Positions 1 through 13,479 are shown, numbered from the stretch's first letter. The stretch: DNA of 64,000 nt from Tubulanus polymorphus (GCF_964204645.1 NC_134028.1:13957653-14021652); one strand, 5' to 3'. A program made the numbers and translations. The notes: generated by a model from the sequence alone, not told the origin.

Positions 1-346
1 AAGTAATAAATAATCTAAAGAAATGCGACGCACAATCTTTCTTTCTAAGAGCCGGTGAATCCATAATAGATTCGTTCCCAGGACATGTAGCCACATCTAT
101 CAGTGGAAGTAAAATGCACCGCTTAGAATCAGATATTTCTAGAATGACTTCTGATTTACAACTGTCCACTAAATGTTGTCTACCCCTTAAGAAAGATATT
201 ATGGGCATAAAATCAGAATACAAAAAATGTAATGCACAGTACAATACGGCCACTTAAACAAACGTATCCAGTGATCTGTCGTATTCCACATCAGCCAATG
301 CGTGACTAACGTTAGCGCTTGTTTAAAGGAAAGAAATAGTTCTAGT

Positions 347-2182
347 TTAATCAATTATTGTCGCACCAACCCTTGGGACTCCTTGATGAACTAATGCAAC
401 CAAGGGAAAAAGTGCTCCTGGATTAAACCGCATCATAAAGAAAAGATAAACTGTCATAGCAATAGTGACTATACTAAGTATAGTTGGTATGGATAGTATC
501 TCTATAGACGATGGCGAAAAAGACGACTCTAGTCTATCATTAGCAAGTTCCTGCTTTAAGGCTTCTGCCTTTGATGAAAATAATTTAACATTTTCCGTTG
601 CTAATTTCTTCACGTCAGCAGAATACTTCGTATCTTTGGCTGCAACCGTGTCCCAGGACCCTTTATCAAATTTAAACGTCGGCATTTGAACCTTTGGTGC
701 CTCAGCCAATTCATTACCCCGAATCGCTTCAATGATAGAGCAGAAACACGGAATACTCATGACACACAGTTTACACGCCGTTACTGACTTCACTTGTCTG
801 TTAAAACAATGCATTGTCCATACCTAATCACTTGAAGAAAGAAGATAACGGCCATCTGAAAGTTCATAACTCCCCTCAAATAATAAAGCTTCCTCATATC
901 GAATATCACGTAATTTCATAAACTCATCCGGCTGATCCCAAAATAAAGCCGAATCACAAATCAATTTATTTCTGGAATTGAGAGATTTAGCAGTCGAACA
1001 AATCTTTAAATCCCTCCCCTGACAGGATAACAAAAAATCACTATTGAATGTAGTATAGTACTCGCTATCCCGAGTTACCGCCAAATACTGATGTAGACCA
1101 ACGATTTTAGTAGTGTTCGCGGTCGTTGCATTTGATGGTAATGGCAACGTGTCGATATGGTAAACATCCATAAGGCCTGCTATACTATGAATAGGAATGG
1201 CTATCGTGATATATGATATTTCTCAGTTTGAGTGAAAGTAATATCTCTCATCTGATAATTAAAGCTCGGCTGATTATGAGTGACCTTGAAACTAGGATGA
1301 TGGTCACTCAAAATGTCTTGGACATCATCAATAACCTTGCTAATTTGATCCGGGCCGACTAATGCAATGGGTAAAAAGGCATCCAGTAATAATTGGGTGG
1401 CTTGTAGAAAGCTCTCAGGGTGTCCAACCACAACACTAAACCTATACTGATAATCTACTAGATTCTTGAGCAGAATTGCCATAGAAGAAACAGTCACGTT
1501 CAATCGAGCTAACTTTTCTGCCAAAAATTTTCTGTGAATTTAGATACCTCTCTGAAAGGCTTTTATAAAAATCGTCAAATTTCTTCATCAGATCATGAGT
1601 CTGATTGATTGCTTCCATAGCATTATCTATTCTTTTACTCGTAGTGTTCATGAACGAATTTAAAGTTTTTCCTGCTTGAACTATCTGATCAGCCACAGCG
1701 CTTACCCCAGATTCAACCTTCAAAACGTACTGACGAAGGGCTTCAACGTCATCAACAGTAGCCGTGCCGAACAGAGATTTCATGAAATTCCTTACGGAAC
1801 TAAGAGCCGCGCGTTTTTTTCTGCCAGATAGGGTGACAGGAATCAAAGACTTAATCGTATCAATATTGGTCGTTGAACGAGTTCTAGTTTCTTTAATTTG
1901 TCCGGCCGTTCAGTTTATCAATGACTAAGTTCAACATACCGCACCGCACCCATTATACGGGTGGTCGTGGTGATGTCGTGGACAGCTCAATTGTGATATA
2001 AGTTTTAAATCAAACCGAGGCCATTGAATGCAGAAGGTGTGTCTGTATTTAGAGACGCCATTCAGAATGTAAGTAAACTTGTTAAAAACCACCCCCCAAT
2101 TCAACATCAATACCGAATTGGAGGAGGTGTCAACTACTCCCACTACCACAGCAATCATCAATAGTGCCACAGGTCCCTTCAT
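347..2182 (-). pseudogene. env: env-like class I fusion glycoprotein, frameshifted
   Basis: Signal peptide MKGPVALLMIAVVVGVV; furin site RKKR followed by fusion-peptide-like AALSSVRNFMKSLFGTATVDDVEAL; heptad region; Cys-rich ectodomain; C-terminal TM ILSIPTILSIVTIAMTVYLFFMM. Split over ORFs 1931-2182, 1442-1846, 1201-1524, 824-1171, 347-814. Confidence 0.8.
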
Positions 2183-2228
2183 CGTTATACGTAAGATCTA
2201 AAAAAGGGTAAAGGGAAAGTGAATGAAA

Positions 2229-3560
2229 CTACAATTTCTTATTCCTAAAGTAGTCATGAATTAATTTCGGGTTAATAATGTTTTCCTCTGGCTTAAAAGT
2301 ACATTCACTTTTATCATAACCTTCCCACCAAATTTTAAAGTGACGCTTTCCCCTAATGATCTTATCACCTAAAATCTCCTTGACGATATAAACATCATCG
2401 GGAATATCAATTAAATCATCGTCTCTAAGCGATAAGTCCGTGTCAATTGGATCTCCATAATCATCTCCCTGGCTGCCGATAGGAAGATCCTCCCGGTGAA
2501 TAAACCGTTTCAATCTATCTGCCGATACAGGACTTTTTAAATACTTTCCAGTTTTAGCACACTTAAGCTTGAAAGTTGAAGGACCTAAGGCCTTGGCTAT
2601 TTGAAAAGGCCCATTATATACCATTAGATACCGTTTCTGTAGCTTTCTACTCAATCCCTTCTTAAAATTCGGAAAGAATACCCAACAATGATCTCCGACT
2701 ATTAACTCTACTGGAGTTGCCTATTTATCACTTTGCTTTTTAAATGCCGTTTGTGCAGTTAATATTCCTTCCATAGCTAACTTATAGACATATTTCAATT
2801 TATTCAGCGCTAATTCGACATGGGTATTTATATCATCTGAATTCGCAGATGATTCGAGTAAAGCATTATCTAATGGAGTGTTAGGGTGTCTTAGAAACAT
2901 GAGATAGAAAGGACTGTAATTCGCAATGGACTTCATCGGACTAGTATTGTTCGCAAATACGGCGGCACGCAAATATTTGGTCCAGTCAGTCTGTTTTTCT
3001 GAAACCATCATAGATATCAATGATTTGATCGATCTGTTTGTAACTTCACATAAACCATTACATTTCGGATTAAACGATGTTGTTCTTTTGTGCTTTACCT
3101 TGGCCAGCTTAACAATATCACTCAAGAAATTACTAACCCAATCACTTAACTCTCTAGGAAACGCATACCTTAGAAATATCTCATTATACCGAAACAGCAA
3201 ACACTTCGCAATATCGTGTAAAGTTACAAACGAGAACAACAATTTGAGTCATTCCATCTGTAGACTTTGTTTACTCGTTTTTTTTTTTCGTTCATTACAT
3301 TTGGGGCAACTTGATACAAAATGCGAAACGTCTCTGTATAAGTTCTTTCAGAAATAATTCTGATATATTCTAGCATATGTTTTCGGTACGCCAAAATGGC
3401 CTGAAATATGTTCATCATGCATAAACCCCAAGACCTCTAATTTCAACGATTCAGGTACAACCAACTGCAGAAAATAATCCCCATTTTGATTCTTTGCTGG
3501 CCTTGGAATATGATACAAAACCCCTTTCTCGCTCAAAGTATACTAATCCGCTTGAAGCAG
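2229..3560 (-). pseudogene. Gypsy integrase with C-terminal chromodomain
   Basis: Zinc-binding start MHDEHISGHFGVPKTY; core end TTSFNPKCNGLCEVTNRSIK; GPF motif YNGPFQI; chromodomain VYIVKEILGDKIIRGKRHFKIWWEGYDKSECTFKPEENI. Confidence 0.88.
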
Positions 3561-3712
3561 AACTATCCTAGCCTGGGACTGATCCGGCGGCAACAGGCCG
3601 TCACTCAAATATGCAATCGTATTAGCTAAAGGATTGTCCTTCATCTGTTCATAAAGAACAGCGTCTACATCAATTTGGTTCAATATACATGAACTTTCAA
3701 ATAGCATTCTAC

Positions 3713-4990
3713 TCAATCCATCTGCATCCCATGAACGCGCCCAGGTTTGTGTATAATTTGAAAATCATACTCCGATAATTCAGCCAAGATTCTTAACAAT
3801 TGAGGCGTAGGATTTTTCATTCTCTGCAGATATGAGAGTCCTGCATGATCAATGAGTCCTGTTTGAACAATAAATGGTCTGCCATAAAGAAATGATTTAA
3901 AATGCACACCATACAGTATTGCTGCTAGTTCTTTGCGTGTGGTATTATAGTTTAATTCTGCCTTGGTGAATTGTTTCGATGCGTACGCAATTGGGTGCTC
4001 TTTTCCATCATCAGATATTTGACTCAAAACCATACCACATGCTACATTATTGCTATCGTCACACTGCAGTATGAATATTTTATCAAAGTCTGGGAATTTG
4101 AGAATTGGGGCCGATTGTAATGCTAATTTCAGAGTTTCGAACGATTTCTGACACTCATCCGACCATGTGAATTTTATATCCTTTTGTAACAATGATGTCA
4201 AAGGTTTTGCTATCGTGGCATAATCTTTTACAAACGACCTATAAAACCCAGTGAGCCCTAAAATTGCTCTCAGTGTTTTCAGGGAGTTTGGGATTGTACA
4301 ATCTGCAACTTTGTAAATCTTTTCCTGACAAGGAAGTAAGCCTAATTCTGTTACTAAATAACCCAAATGTTTCACCTTTTTACAACCGAAATAGCACTTC
4401 GTGCTTTTCAATTTCAATTTAACTTCACGTAATCGTTCAAAAACTAGCCTGAGATGTTCAACATGAGAATCTTCATCTTCTGAGAAGATTATTATATCAT
4501 CCAGGAGTACTTCACAAATATCATGCAATAACCCTTTTAGAACGTAAGTTATATTTCGCCAAAAAGTAGCCGGGGCTCCCCCTAAACCTCGTGGCATCTT
4601 CAGATATTCTCATTCCCCACTATCGCATACAAAAACAGTTTTCTCAATTGAGTCTGGGTGCATAGGGATCTGAAAATATCCTGAATGTAAATCCAATGTC
4701 GTGAATATTTTTCTCTTACCGATGTTTGCAAATATCTCAGAAATTGTTGGACCAGGAAATATGTCAATCTCAGTTTGTTTAGCTGGCGATAATCGTGAAC
4801 GCAGGAGTTTTATCTGGGTTTAACTGAGCCTTCTTTATTAGTATAGAGGGTGAAGCCCATTCTGATGTTGATTCCCTGACAATTACCTGATCTGCTAACT
4901 TTCTAACTAACTCGTCTTCAACATCTCTAAGAGCGGAGGCCTATAGGCCTATAGGGTTTCAGTCTAATAGGCGGGTTGCCAGTATGTATA
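3713..4990 (-). pseudogene. pol: Gypsy reverse transcriptase / RNase H
   Basis: MPRGLGGAPATF (cf. MPFGL..APATF), LLDDIII (degenerate YLDD), LGLTGFYRSFVKDYA, HPIAYASK, NYNTTRKELAAI. Confidence 0.92.
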
Positions 4991-5474
4991 CGATGAGCCC
5001 AAGGTACATCTGCCCTTGTCAATTCACTTGCATCTTTTGCAAAGATATCACGAAATTCCTTTAACAATTTTTTCAATTTTTCCTGGCCTTTTGGGCTAAG
5101 ATTTGAATCCAAGGCATCGAATCCAAGTGATTCGTTATCATCATTAATCTCGTGTTTGCTTTCTTCTACTTTGGGTACTATCAAATAATTCAAAGTTACA
5201 AATCCTAAAGCAGTACCTCTACGTAATTTGATTGGCATGTTTGAAAAGTTGTAGAGTCTCATAGGCACTTGTTTATTTAATACCTCAACTATAGATTCAT
5301 CGCTATCAATATCATGACGAGCTTTAAGGTAGCAATCCGGTTCTAAATAAACATAACTCTTATGAGTTAAGTAATCGGTCAATTTACCCTGAACATCATA
5401 CTGAGATTTTGGAGGAATTGTGATGTCGCAGATTGCTTTCACCTTGTGCAGCTAATATTAACCCTCCTGCTATA

Positions 5475-6592
5475 AGGTAATGTTTTGAATCACTTATCCC
5501 AGTTGGGATGAAAAACCATCAATTTATTTAAAGAAAAAAATTAAAAGTAATTTGAAATATCTTATTTTGAACATGAAATTTTGAGTTGAATTATTATTTT
5601 TGAGTTATGATATCTGAAACATACAGCTTAATCTTATTTCAATATATATTTATTATTCTTTTCATATTCGATATTTTAAATTGTTTGATAATGTTTTGAT
5701 TTATGTGATCTTAAATATTTACCTCCGCAATAAACAATGCACTTTTTCATTAGGATTGAATTTTCTGAATTCTTCATGTAAGTAACATTGAACTGCAATA
5801 TCTTTATAAGAATTATCATTATCTAAATCACATTGAATACCAATATTTGACGAATTTTCATTATAGATAATTTGTTTATTATTAAAATTAAAATAATATA
5901 ATTGTCTTTTTTCAATTCTTAAGTTAATCAAATCATTGTAATCTTTTGAAAGTATTATATCACTTTGTCTTTCATTGAATGGAATTTTAGGAATATTTAT
6001 TATGTTTTCATCTAAAGTTCCTTTAAAATTTAAAACTGTATTAAATATTTTAGGATTTTTGATTCCATTATCAAAAGTATCTACTAGTTCAGTAATTAAA
6101 TATGTTTCATTTGATAATATTTGATTAATTACAGTAATATTATCAATTTTATAGCATCTTGCGGACACTAAATTTGTTGCTGAAATATAATTTCTAATGT
6201 TAAACTGTGAAAATGATTTATTGGTTTCATTGATTTCGATTTTGAATTTGGGTTCTTCTTCTCCTTTCTTCATTTTTATAACAAAACTTTTATTAAAATT
6301 AATCTAACGCATATAAATATAAATATTCGCTGTTTTAAAAATGAACTATTTCACTCACACTTTACTCACACCTTTTATGTTTAAAATTGATTTTTTATTG
6401 CTGAAATCTATATTTGATCGTATTTATCTAAATTATTATGCTAACATTTTACTCTCACCTTTAAAACATGAATATTTTAAGACTAATTGGGAATATGTTG
6501 TTTCAAGTCAAAGGTTGAGGGGGCGAGTGAGTAGAAAATGAAAATAAATTCGAGCGTGCGAGAATTTATTTTCATTTTTTATGAGCTCGACC
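5475..6592 (-). mobile_element. Truncated Polinton-derived fragment inside the Gypsy pol region, containing ORF 5719-6273
   Basis: ORF is a close homologue of 56560-57132 (MKKGEEEPKFKIEINETNKSFSQF...); 6510-6592 matches the subterminal sequence of the elements at 46167 and 56299 (GGTCGAGCTCATAAAAAATG...CTCGAATTTATTTT). AGTAAT terminus and TSD absent; boundaries approximate. Confidence 0.75.
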
Positions 6593-7859
6593 TCTTCGTT
6601 CAAAGCTTGAACCTCATTCTTACACCTAATTGTTTTTAACTTGTAAGCAGCCCATTGGCACATTTTAACGGATTCTATAGCCGGATCCCAAAAAGTCACT
6701 TTTTGTCCCGTTTCGAGGTATTGATGGCCTTAGTATCTGTGGACATTTCATTGAAAACATCATGTTTTTCGACGTCGCAATTATCTTACTGATATTTCCC
6801 AACATCGAAAGAATCTGATTTTACAGAATTTCGTTTCGCATTTAAACATGAACTCTTTTTCTCTTCGATACATGAACCTTTTTCCTCTTCAATACATAAA
6901 CCTTCTTTCTCTTCAATACATAATTTCGAACATAAATGTATATTAATTCTATTACTATCTACTAAATATTTAATTCCTATTTCATTGTCTCCCATATCTT
7001 TTCTGAGTTCAGTCTCAGAATCGGTATCTTCAATTTCATTCTCACTTTATTGGAATTTAACTCTTTAATTTCCTGTAAGTAAACTTCGTTTCTCGTTTTA
7101 ACGATCATCTTTCAATATTCTACATTCACTAGAAATCGGTTCAGTATTATCCCTAGGCAAACCTGTATCCGTGGTGTGTAACAAAACTTTACTTATATCT
7201 GTATCATCTCGTCTCGGCTCCTTGCCGACTGACGGCATCTCTAATTCACAATATTTACTATCATTCACACCTCTATTATAAAGGTTCCCAGGGAGTTCAC
7301 TCAAATCATTCCCAGTTTGTTCGTTGTTCATGGCAGTGCTACTGTCCACATTCTTCATAAGCATAGTTTCAGAAACTGAAGAGAGTTGTTCGTTAAGGTA
7401 ATAATCATTTTTTCATATCTTGTTAATAGCTTGCATAATTATACTCAAAATAAGGTTCATAGTAAAAATTTCGATGAATATTTCGTTCCAGGTAAAGTGG
7501 ACGTTGATAATTAACTTCATAAAAATCGTTTTCATTTTTATAATGCCCGATATTCTGACTGTTGGCCTGCGGCCCACGATTTACCTCATAATCATAGGCC
7601 CAAGCTTGTTTCCCGAAACATCATCACTATCAACTTGGTTAATCTGAGTGGGTCTATCTCTAGATGGATAGCCAGTTCTTAACTCCCTCGGTTGAAACTG
7701 GCCTGGGGGACTATAGTTCGATTCAAAGTTAAATTTAGCAGGATATGGATTATAACCCCTTGCCGCATCTTCAAATTGGCGTGTCCTATCTGTGAATTGT
7801 CGTGGCGGGGGACGATAGGCTGGCGAGTATCGAGGCTGTGATCCATAGTTTTGTCGAGT

Positions 7860-8900
7860 AGATCGACATTGTCTGGCTATATGCCCTCGTCTGCCACAGT
7901 TGTGACAAATTATTGATGGATTTTGCCGACATCTCGCCGATGTATGTCCAGCGGTACGACAATTTTCTCAATATGGACGGCCATCAGAAAGCCGTACAGC
8001 CCTTTGTCTTTCAGGGGCCACCTTCGGTTATCGGAGTTAGTCGACTATAATCGAACTAAATGAAACCGAATGTCCGTTAGTCGGAACTATAGTCCGGAAA
8101 TAGTCGACCACGCAATTGAGCACGGTCGCTACAGTTCGGACCTACGTTCAAGATGGCCGACACTGTGAAATACGTTACGACCGAACTATAGTGTGTTCGG
8201 TTATTAGTTCCGACCACTAGTCGACTAGCTACGAAAACCGAAGTTGGCCCTGATTGGTCATTTCGTTGTAGTGATAAATGTTGAGAAAGTTTTTCATTCA
8301 ACCCTTTCACCTCTTGTTCCAAAGCTACCTGCCTCGAATAGCCCAAATCTATGGCTCTAATTTGATCCTGGATGGCGCTAGTTTCTCTAATTCAAACGCC
8401 AAACGTGCATAATTAATCGCCTGGTCGAAATAATTTGGACATTTTCGTAACACAAATGCCTTTGTGTTTAGCAGCAGGCCATGAATAAAAGGATATAATA
8501 AATCATTTCCCGCCCTACCTAATTTCCCTGCCAGTTCAACTAACCGAGATATGTAACAATCAACTGATTCACCCTCCATCATCTTTAAACTATACAATTG
8601 CTGTAAAGCTTCCCACTGCATGTCTTTACCAACTTCTTTTGAATTCTTCCAAAACCTCATCAAAAGTGTACTCAACATTCTTCCCTTCTGCATCACGTTT
8701 TGGATTACCTTTTAGATAATAATAATAATCCTTCGCTCTCCCTTTTAAAAACATAGGGAAAGCAGCTAGAGCTTTTGACTTTTTCCAACCCCCAAATTCT
8801 ACCCGCTCTTCAAAATCGCGAATTAATCTATTGATATCCTCATCTGCATCACCATCATGAATAGGTGGTAGTTGGCCTAAATATTAATCTTTCAGGCGAT
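7860..8900 (-). pseudogene. gag: Gypsy gag (capsid and CCHC zinc knuckle)
   Basis: ICHNCGRRGHIARQC at ~7863-7910; capsid-like GESVDCYISRLVELAGKL...FIHGLL (8349-8696). Confidence 0.8.
8012..8252. mobile_element. hAT-like MITE inserted in gag
   Basis: ~35-bp imperfect TIRs: CAGGGGCCACCTTCGGTTATCGGAGTTAGTCGACTA vs reverse complement of the right end CAGGGCCAACTTCGGTTTTCGTAGCTAGTCGACTA. No clean TSD. Confidence 0.6.
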
Positions 8901-9052
8901 GTCTCTAACGCAAAATTTGAGACTGAATTTGCATCAGTCTCGGCCCAAAATCGATTTGCTGGGGTTGATTTTTGCTCGCCTGGCCCTACTCCGTTTCCAT
9001 TGAAAATACTGGTACATTCATCTTTGTCCAATTAAGTTGACTTACTTGCTTG

Positions 9053-9225
9053 TTAGGGTTTTCTGTTATTTCACAGAAAACCCTATTGATATCCGCGTGA
9101 TTATTAGGGTTTTCTGTTACATCACAGAAAACCCTATTGAGAATCGCGTGTTTCTTATTATTAGGGTTTTCTGTTACATCACAGAAAACCCTATTGAGAT
9201 TCGCGTGTTTCTTCTTATTATTATT
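9053..9225 (+). repeat. Three stacked Helentron/HINE 5' heads (subTIR, inverted repeat, ATT microsatellite)
   Basis: AGGGTTTTCTG-N8-CAGAAAACCCTATTGA...CGCGTG...(ATT)n at 9055, 9106 and 9163. Confidence 0.8.
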
Positions 9226-10257
9226 TTATGTCACAATATTTTCACTGAAAGAACTAAGGCTTTGTTACCTTGCCGCTGTTGTCGATACAATCCGTATGAT
9301 ATCGTTCAGCTCACTGAGATCTACAAATACTCCGCGTGTTTTTTCACGAATCATCGTTACAAAAGCACTGAGTGTCGGACCGTAAACATCGAAAATTTAG
9401 CCCCATTCAATGGGGCGACATGTTTTTCGAGTCGTCATCCCGAAATCAACCCGCAGGCCGACTGTCACTTCGATTATCAATTCAAGTATAAATGAACTGA
9501 ATTTATTGCCGCAGACTTCACATTCAGTCGCGGTCTTCAAACAGTGATTTTAACAATAGCCCATTTTCCTCATCAAATCATATTACCGATACACTGGAAA
9601 TTTACTACTTTAGATTTTAAAAGCACTGTCGAGCCGTAAACATCGACAAATCGACGTGTGTCACTACATCGTCGTTCCGGGAATCAGCTGCGAGTTTCTC
9701 CTCATTCTGAGAATCAAATCGAGTACAAATTAATTTATTACTACCAGTGATTTGGCTGCGGGCGTCAAGCAGTTAATTTAGCAATACCTTTTTTTCTTTA
9801 CCAAATTTACCGTGTTTTTACTAAGATAAATCATAAGTGTACCGGGGAGTCGATGGCCTAAACTAAACACGCCGAAGAGATATAGCGGAGAAAAGCTGTT
9901 ATGTCGACGAGGTATCAAAATAAAAGAATGTATTACTTTATTCGGCCGCGGGCCTCTATATCAATACCATCAATACTCTATATTTCCTACAGTACATACC
10001 GATCATTGTCAAATCCACAAGGTATTTACTAAATACAAGTATATAACACACTCCTATCCGTATGCTGGACTCACACTTGACATTCGGAGTAAGCGTTCGC
10101 TGTGGGGGAAAGGAGATCGTTCGCTGTGTCGCTTGAAGTGTTTATCGAGTTTTACGCGACCTTAAAGCTTTAGTATGGTGGCTGATAAGATAAAAAAACA
10201 CGAATATGCAAATGAGGGCGACATTACGACAAATTTAAATAACGCGAGAAAACAATG

Positions 10258-13200
10258 ATTTTGATTTTGTCGCCCGTGACAATTCATTATTTTGGTTTTA
10301 TCACCCACGACAATTCATTACTTTGGTTTTATCGCCAGCGACAATGCATTATTTTGATTTTGTCGCCCGCGACAATTCTTTTCGGTTTTGTCGCCCGCGA
10401 CAATTCATTATTTTGGTTTTATATTTTGTTTTTGTCGCCCGCGACAATTTTCTTTTTTGGTTTTGTCGCCCGCGACAATTCAATATTTTGGTTTTATCGC
10501 CCGCAATAATTCATTATTTTGGTTTTGTCGCCTGAGAAAATTCATTATTTTGGTTTTATCGCCCGCGACCATTCATTATTACGGTTTTATCGCCCGTGAC
10601 AATTCATTATTTTGGTTTTGTCGCCTCGACAATTCTTTTTTTGGTTTTGTCGCCCGCGACAATTCATTAGTTTGGTTTTGTCGCCCGCGACAATTCAATA
10701 TTTTGGTATTGTCGCCCGCGACAATTCAATATTTTGGTTTTATCGCCCGCGACAATTCATTATTTTTGTTTTGTCGCCCCGAAAATTCTTTTTTTGGTTT
10801 TGTCGCCCGCGAAAATTCATTAGTTTGGTTTTGTCGCCCGCGATAATTCATTATTTTAGTTTTATCGCCCGCGACAATTCATTATTTTGGTTTTATCGCC
10901 CGCGACAATTCATTATTTTGGTTTTGTCGCCTGGACAATTCACCATTTTTGTTTTGTCGCCCGCGACAATTCATTATTTTGGTTTTGTCGCCCCGACAAT
11001 TCTTTTTTTGGTTTTGTTGCCCGCGACATTTCATTAGTTTGGTTTTGTCACCCGCGACAATTCAATATTTTGGTTTTATCGCCCACGATAATTCATTACT
11101 TTGGTTTTATCTCCAGCGACAATTCATTATTTTGGTTTTGTCGCCCGCGATAATTCATTACTTTGGTTTTATCTCCAGTGACAATTCATTATTTTGGTTT
11201 TGTCGCCCGCGACAATTCTTGTTTTTGGTTTTGTCGCCCGCGACAATTCATTATTTTGGTTTTATCGCCCGCGACAATTCAATGTTTTGGTTTTATCGTC
11301 CGCGACAATTCATTATTTTGGTTTTGTCGCCCGAGACAATTCATTATTTTGGTTTTATCGCCCGCGACAATTCATTATTACGGTTTTATCGCCCGAGACA
11401 ATTCAATATTTTGGTTTTATCACCCACGACAATTCATTACTTTGGTTTTATCGCCAGCGACAATGCATTATTTTGATTTTGTCGCCCGCGACAATTCTTT
11501 TCGGTTTTGTCGCCTGCGACAATTCATTATTTTGGTTTTATATTTTGTTTTTGTCGCCCGCGACAATTTTCTTTTTTGGTTTTGTCGCCCGCGACAATTC
11601 AATATTTTGGTTTTATCGCCCGCAATTATTCATTATTTTGGTTTTGTCGCCTGAGAAAATTCATTATTTTGGTTTTATCGCCCGCGACAATTCATTATTA
11701 CGGTTTTATCGCCCGTGACAATTCATTATTTTGGTTTTGTCGCCCGTGACAATTCACCATTTTGGTTTTGTCGCCCGCGACAATTCATTATTTTGGTTTT
11801 ATTGCTCGCGACAATTCATTATTTTGGTTTTATCGCCCGCGACAATTCATTATTTTGGTTTTATCGCCCGCGACAATTCATTATTTTGGTTTTGTCGCCC
11901 GCAACAATTCATTATTTTGGTTTTATCGCCCGCGACAATTCATTATTTTGGTTTTGTCGTCCCGACAATTCTTTTTTTGGTTTTGTCGCCCGCGAAAATT
12001 CATGAGTTTGGTTTTGTCGCCCGCAATAATTCATTATTTTGGTTTTATCACCCGCGACAATTCATTATTTTGGTTTTGTCGCCAGAGACAATTCATTATT
12101 TTAGTTTTGTCGCCCGCGACAATTCATTATTTTGGTTTTGTCGCCCGCGATAATTCATTACTTTGGTTTTATCTCCAGTGACAATTCATTATTTTGGTTT
12201 TGTCGCCCGCGACAATTCTTGTTTTTGGTTTTGTCGCCCGCGACAATTCATTATTTTGGTTTTATAATTTTCTTTTTTGGTTTTGTCGCCCGCGACAATT
12301 CAATATTTTGGTTTTATCGCCCGCAATTATTCATTATTTTGGTTTTGTCGCCTGAGAAAATTCATTATTTTGGTTTTATCGCCCGCGACAATTCATTATT
12401 ACGGTTTTATCGCCCGTGACAATTCATTATTTTGGTTTTGTCGCCCGCGACAATTCTTGTTTTTGGTTTTGTCGCCCGCGACAATTCATTATTTTGGTTT
12501 TATAATTTTCTTTTTTGGTTTTGTCGCCCGCGACAATTCAATATTTTGGTTTTATCGCCCGCAATTATTCATTATTTTGGTTTTGTCGCCTGAGAAAATT
12601 CATTATTTTGGTTTTATCGCCCGCGACAATTCATTATTACGGTTTTATCGCCCGTGACAATTCATTATTTTGGTTTTGTCGCCCGTGACAATTCACCATT
12701 TTGGTTTTGTCGCCCGCGACAATTCATTATTTTGGTTTTATCGCTCGCGACAATTCATTGTTTTGGTTTTATCGCCCGCGACAATTCATTATTTTGGTTT
12801 TATCGCCCGCGACAATTCATTATTTTGGTTTTGTCGCCCGCAACAATTCATTATTTTGGTTTTATCGCCCGCGACAATTCATTATTTTGGTTTTGTCGTC
12901 CCGACAATTCTTTTTTTGGTTTTGTCGCCCGCGAAAATTCATGAGTTTGGTTTTGTCGCCCGCAATAATTCATTATTTTGGTTTTATCACCCGCGACAAT
13001 TCATTATTTTGGTTTTGTCGCCAGAGACAATTCATTATTTTAGTTTTGTCGCCCGCGACAATTCATTATTTTGGTTTTGTCGCCTGGACAATTCACCATT
13101 TTGGTTTTGTCGCCTGCGACAATTCATTATTTTGGTTTTGTCGCCCCGACAGTTCTTTTTTTGGTTTTGTCGCACGCGACAATTCATTATTTTAGTTTTA

Positions 13201-13420
13201 TCGCCCGCGACAATTTAATGTTTTGGTTTTATCGCCCGCGATAATTCATTATTTTGGTTTTATCACCCGCAACAATTCAATATTTTGTTTTTATCGTCCG
13301 CGACAATTCATTATTTTGGTTTTGTCACCCGAGACAATTCATAATTTTGGTTTTATCGCCCGCGACAATTCATTATTTTGGTTTTATCGCCCGCGACAAT
13401 TCATAATTTTTGTTTTGTCC
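10258..13420 (+). repeat. 31-bp tandem array, ~100 copies, consensus TTTTGGTTTTGTCGCCCGCGACAATTCATTA
   Basis: Directly visible; unit contains the palindrome TTGTCGC-CC-GCGACAA; higher-order duplications present. Confidence 0.97.
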
Positions 13421-13479
13421 CCGTGGTTTTGTCGGAACATTAAGTTATTTGGTCGAACAGTGTGTTAAGGTCGTTTTGG

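Larger units (their letters stand above)
347..9050 (-). mobile_element. Decayed Ty3/Gypsy LTR retroelement with gag-pol(RT-RH-IN-chromodomain)-env organisation; LTRs not seen in window
   Basis: Collinear minus-strand ORF fragments: gag with CCHC knuckle, RT, RNase H, integrase, chromodomain, env. Many stops/frameshifts. Cut at ~9053 by the HINE cluster. Confidence 0.9.

Noticed and set aside
9037-9495. ORFs over the HINE heads (also 26185-26484, 32578-32968, 63227-63502)
   Set aside because: Chance frames through repeated heads and microsatellite.
10258-13420. CRISPR-like appearance (palindromic ~30-bp repeats)
   Set aside because: Units are contiguous with no unique spacers, there are no cas genes, and the context is eukaryotic.
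10255-13468. Many overlapping ORFs (VLSPATIHYFGF...), also at 23836-24424 and 34729-35258
   Set aside because: Translations of the 31-bp repeat in all three frames; no coding evidence.
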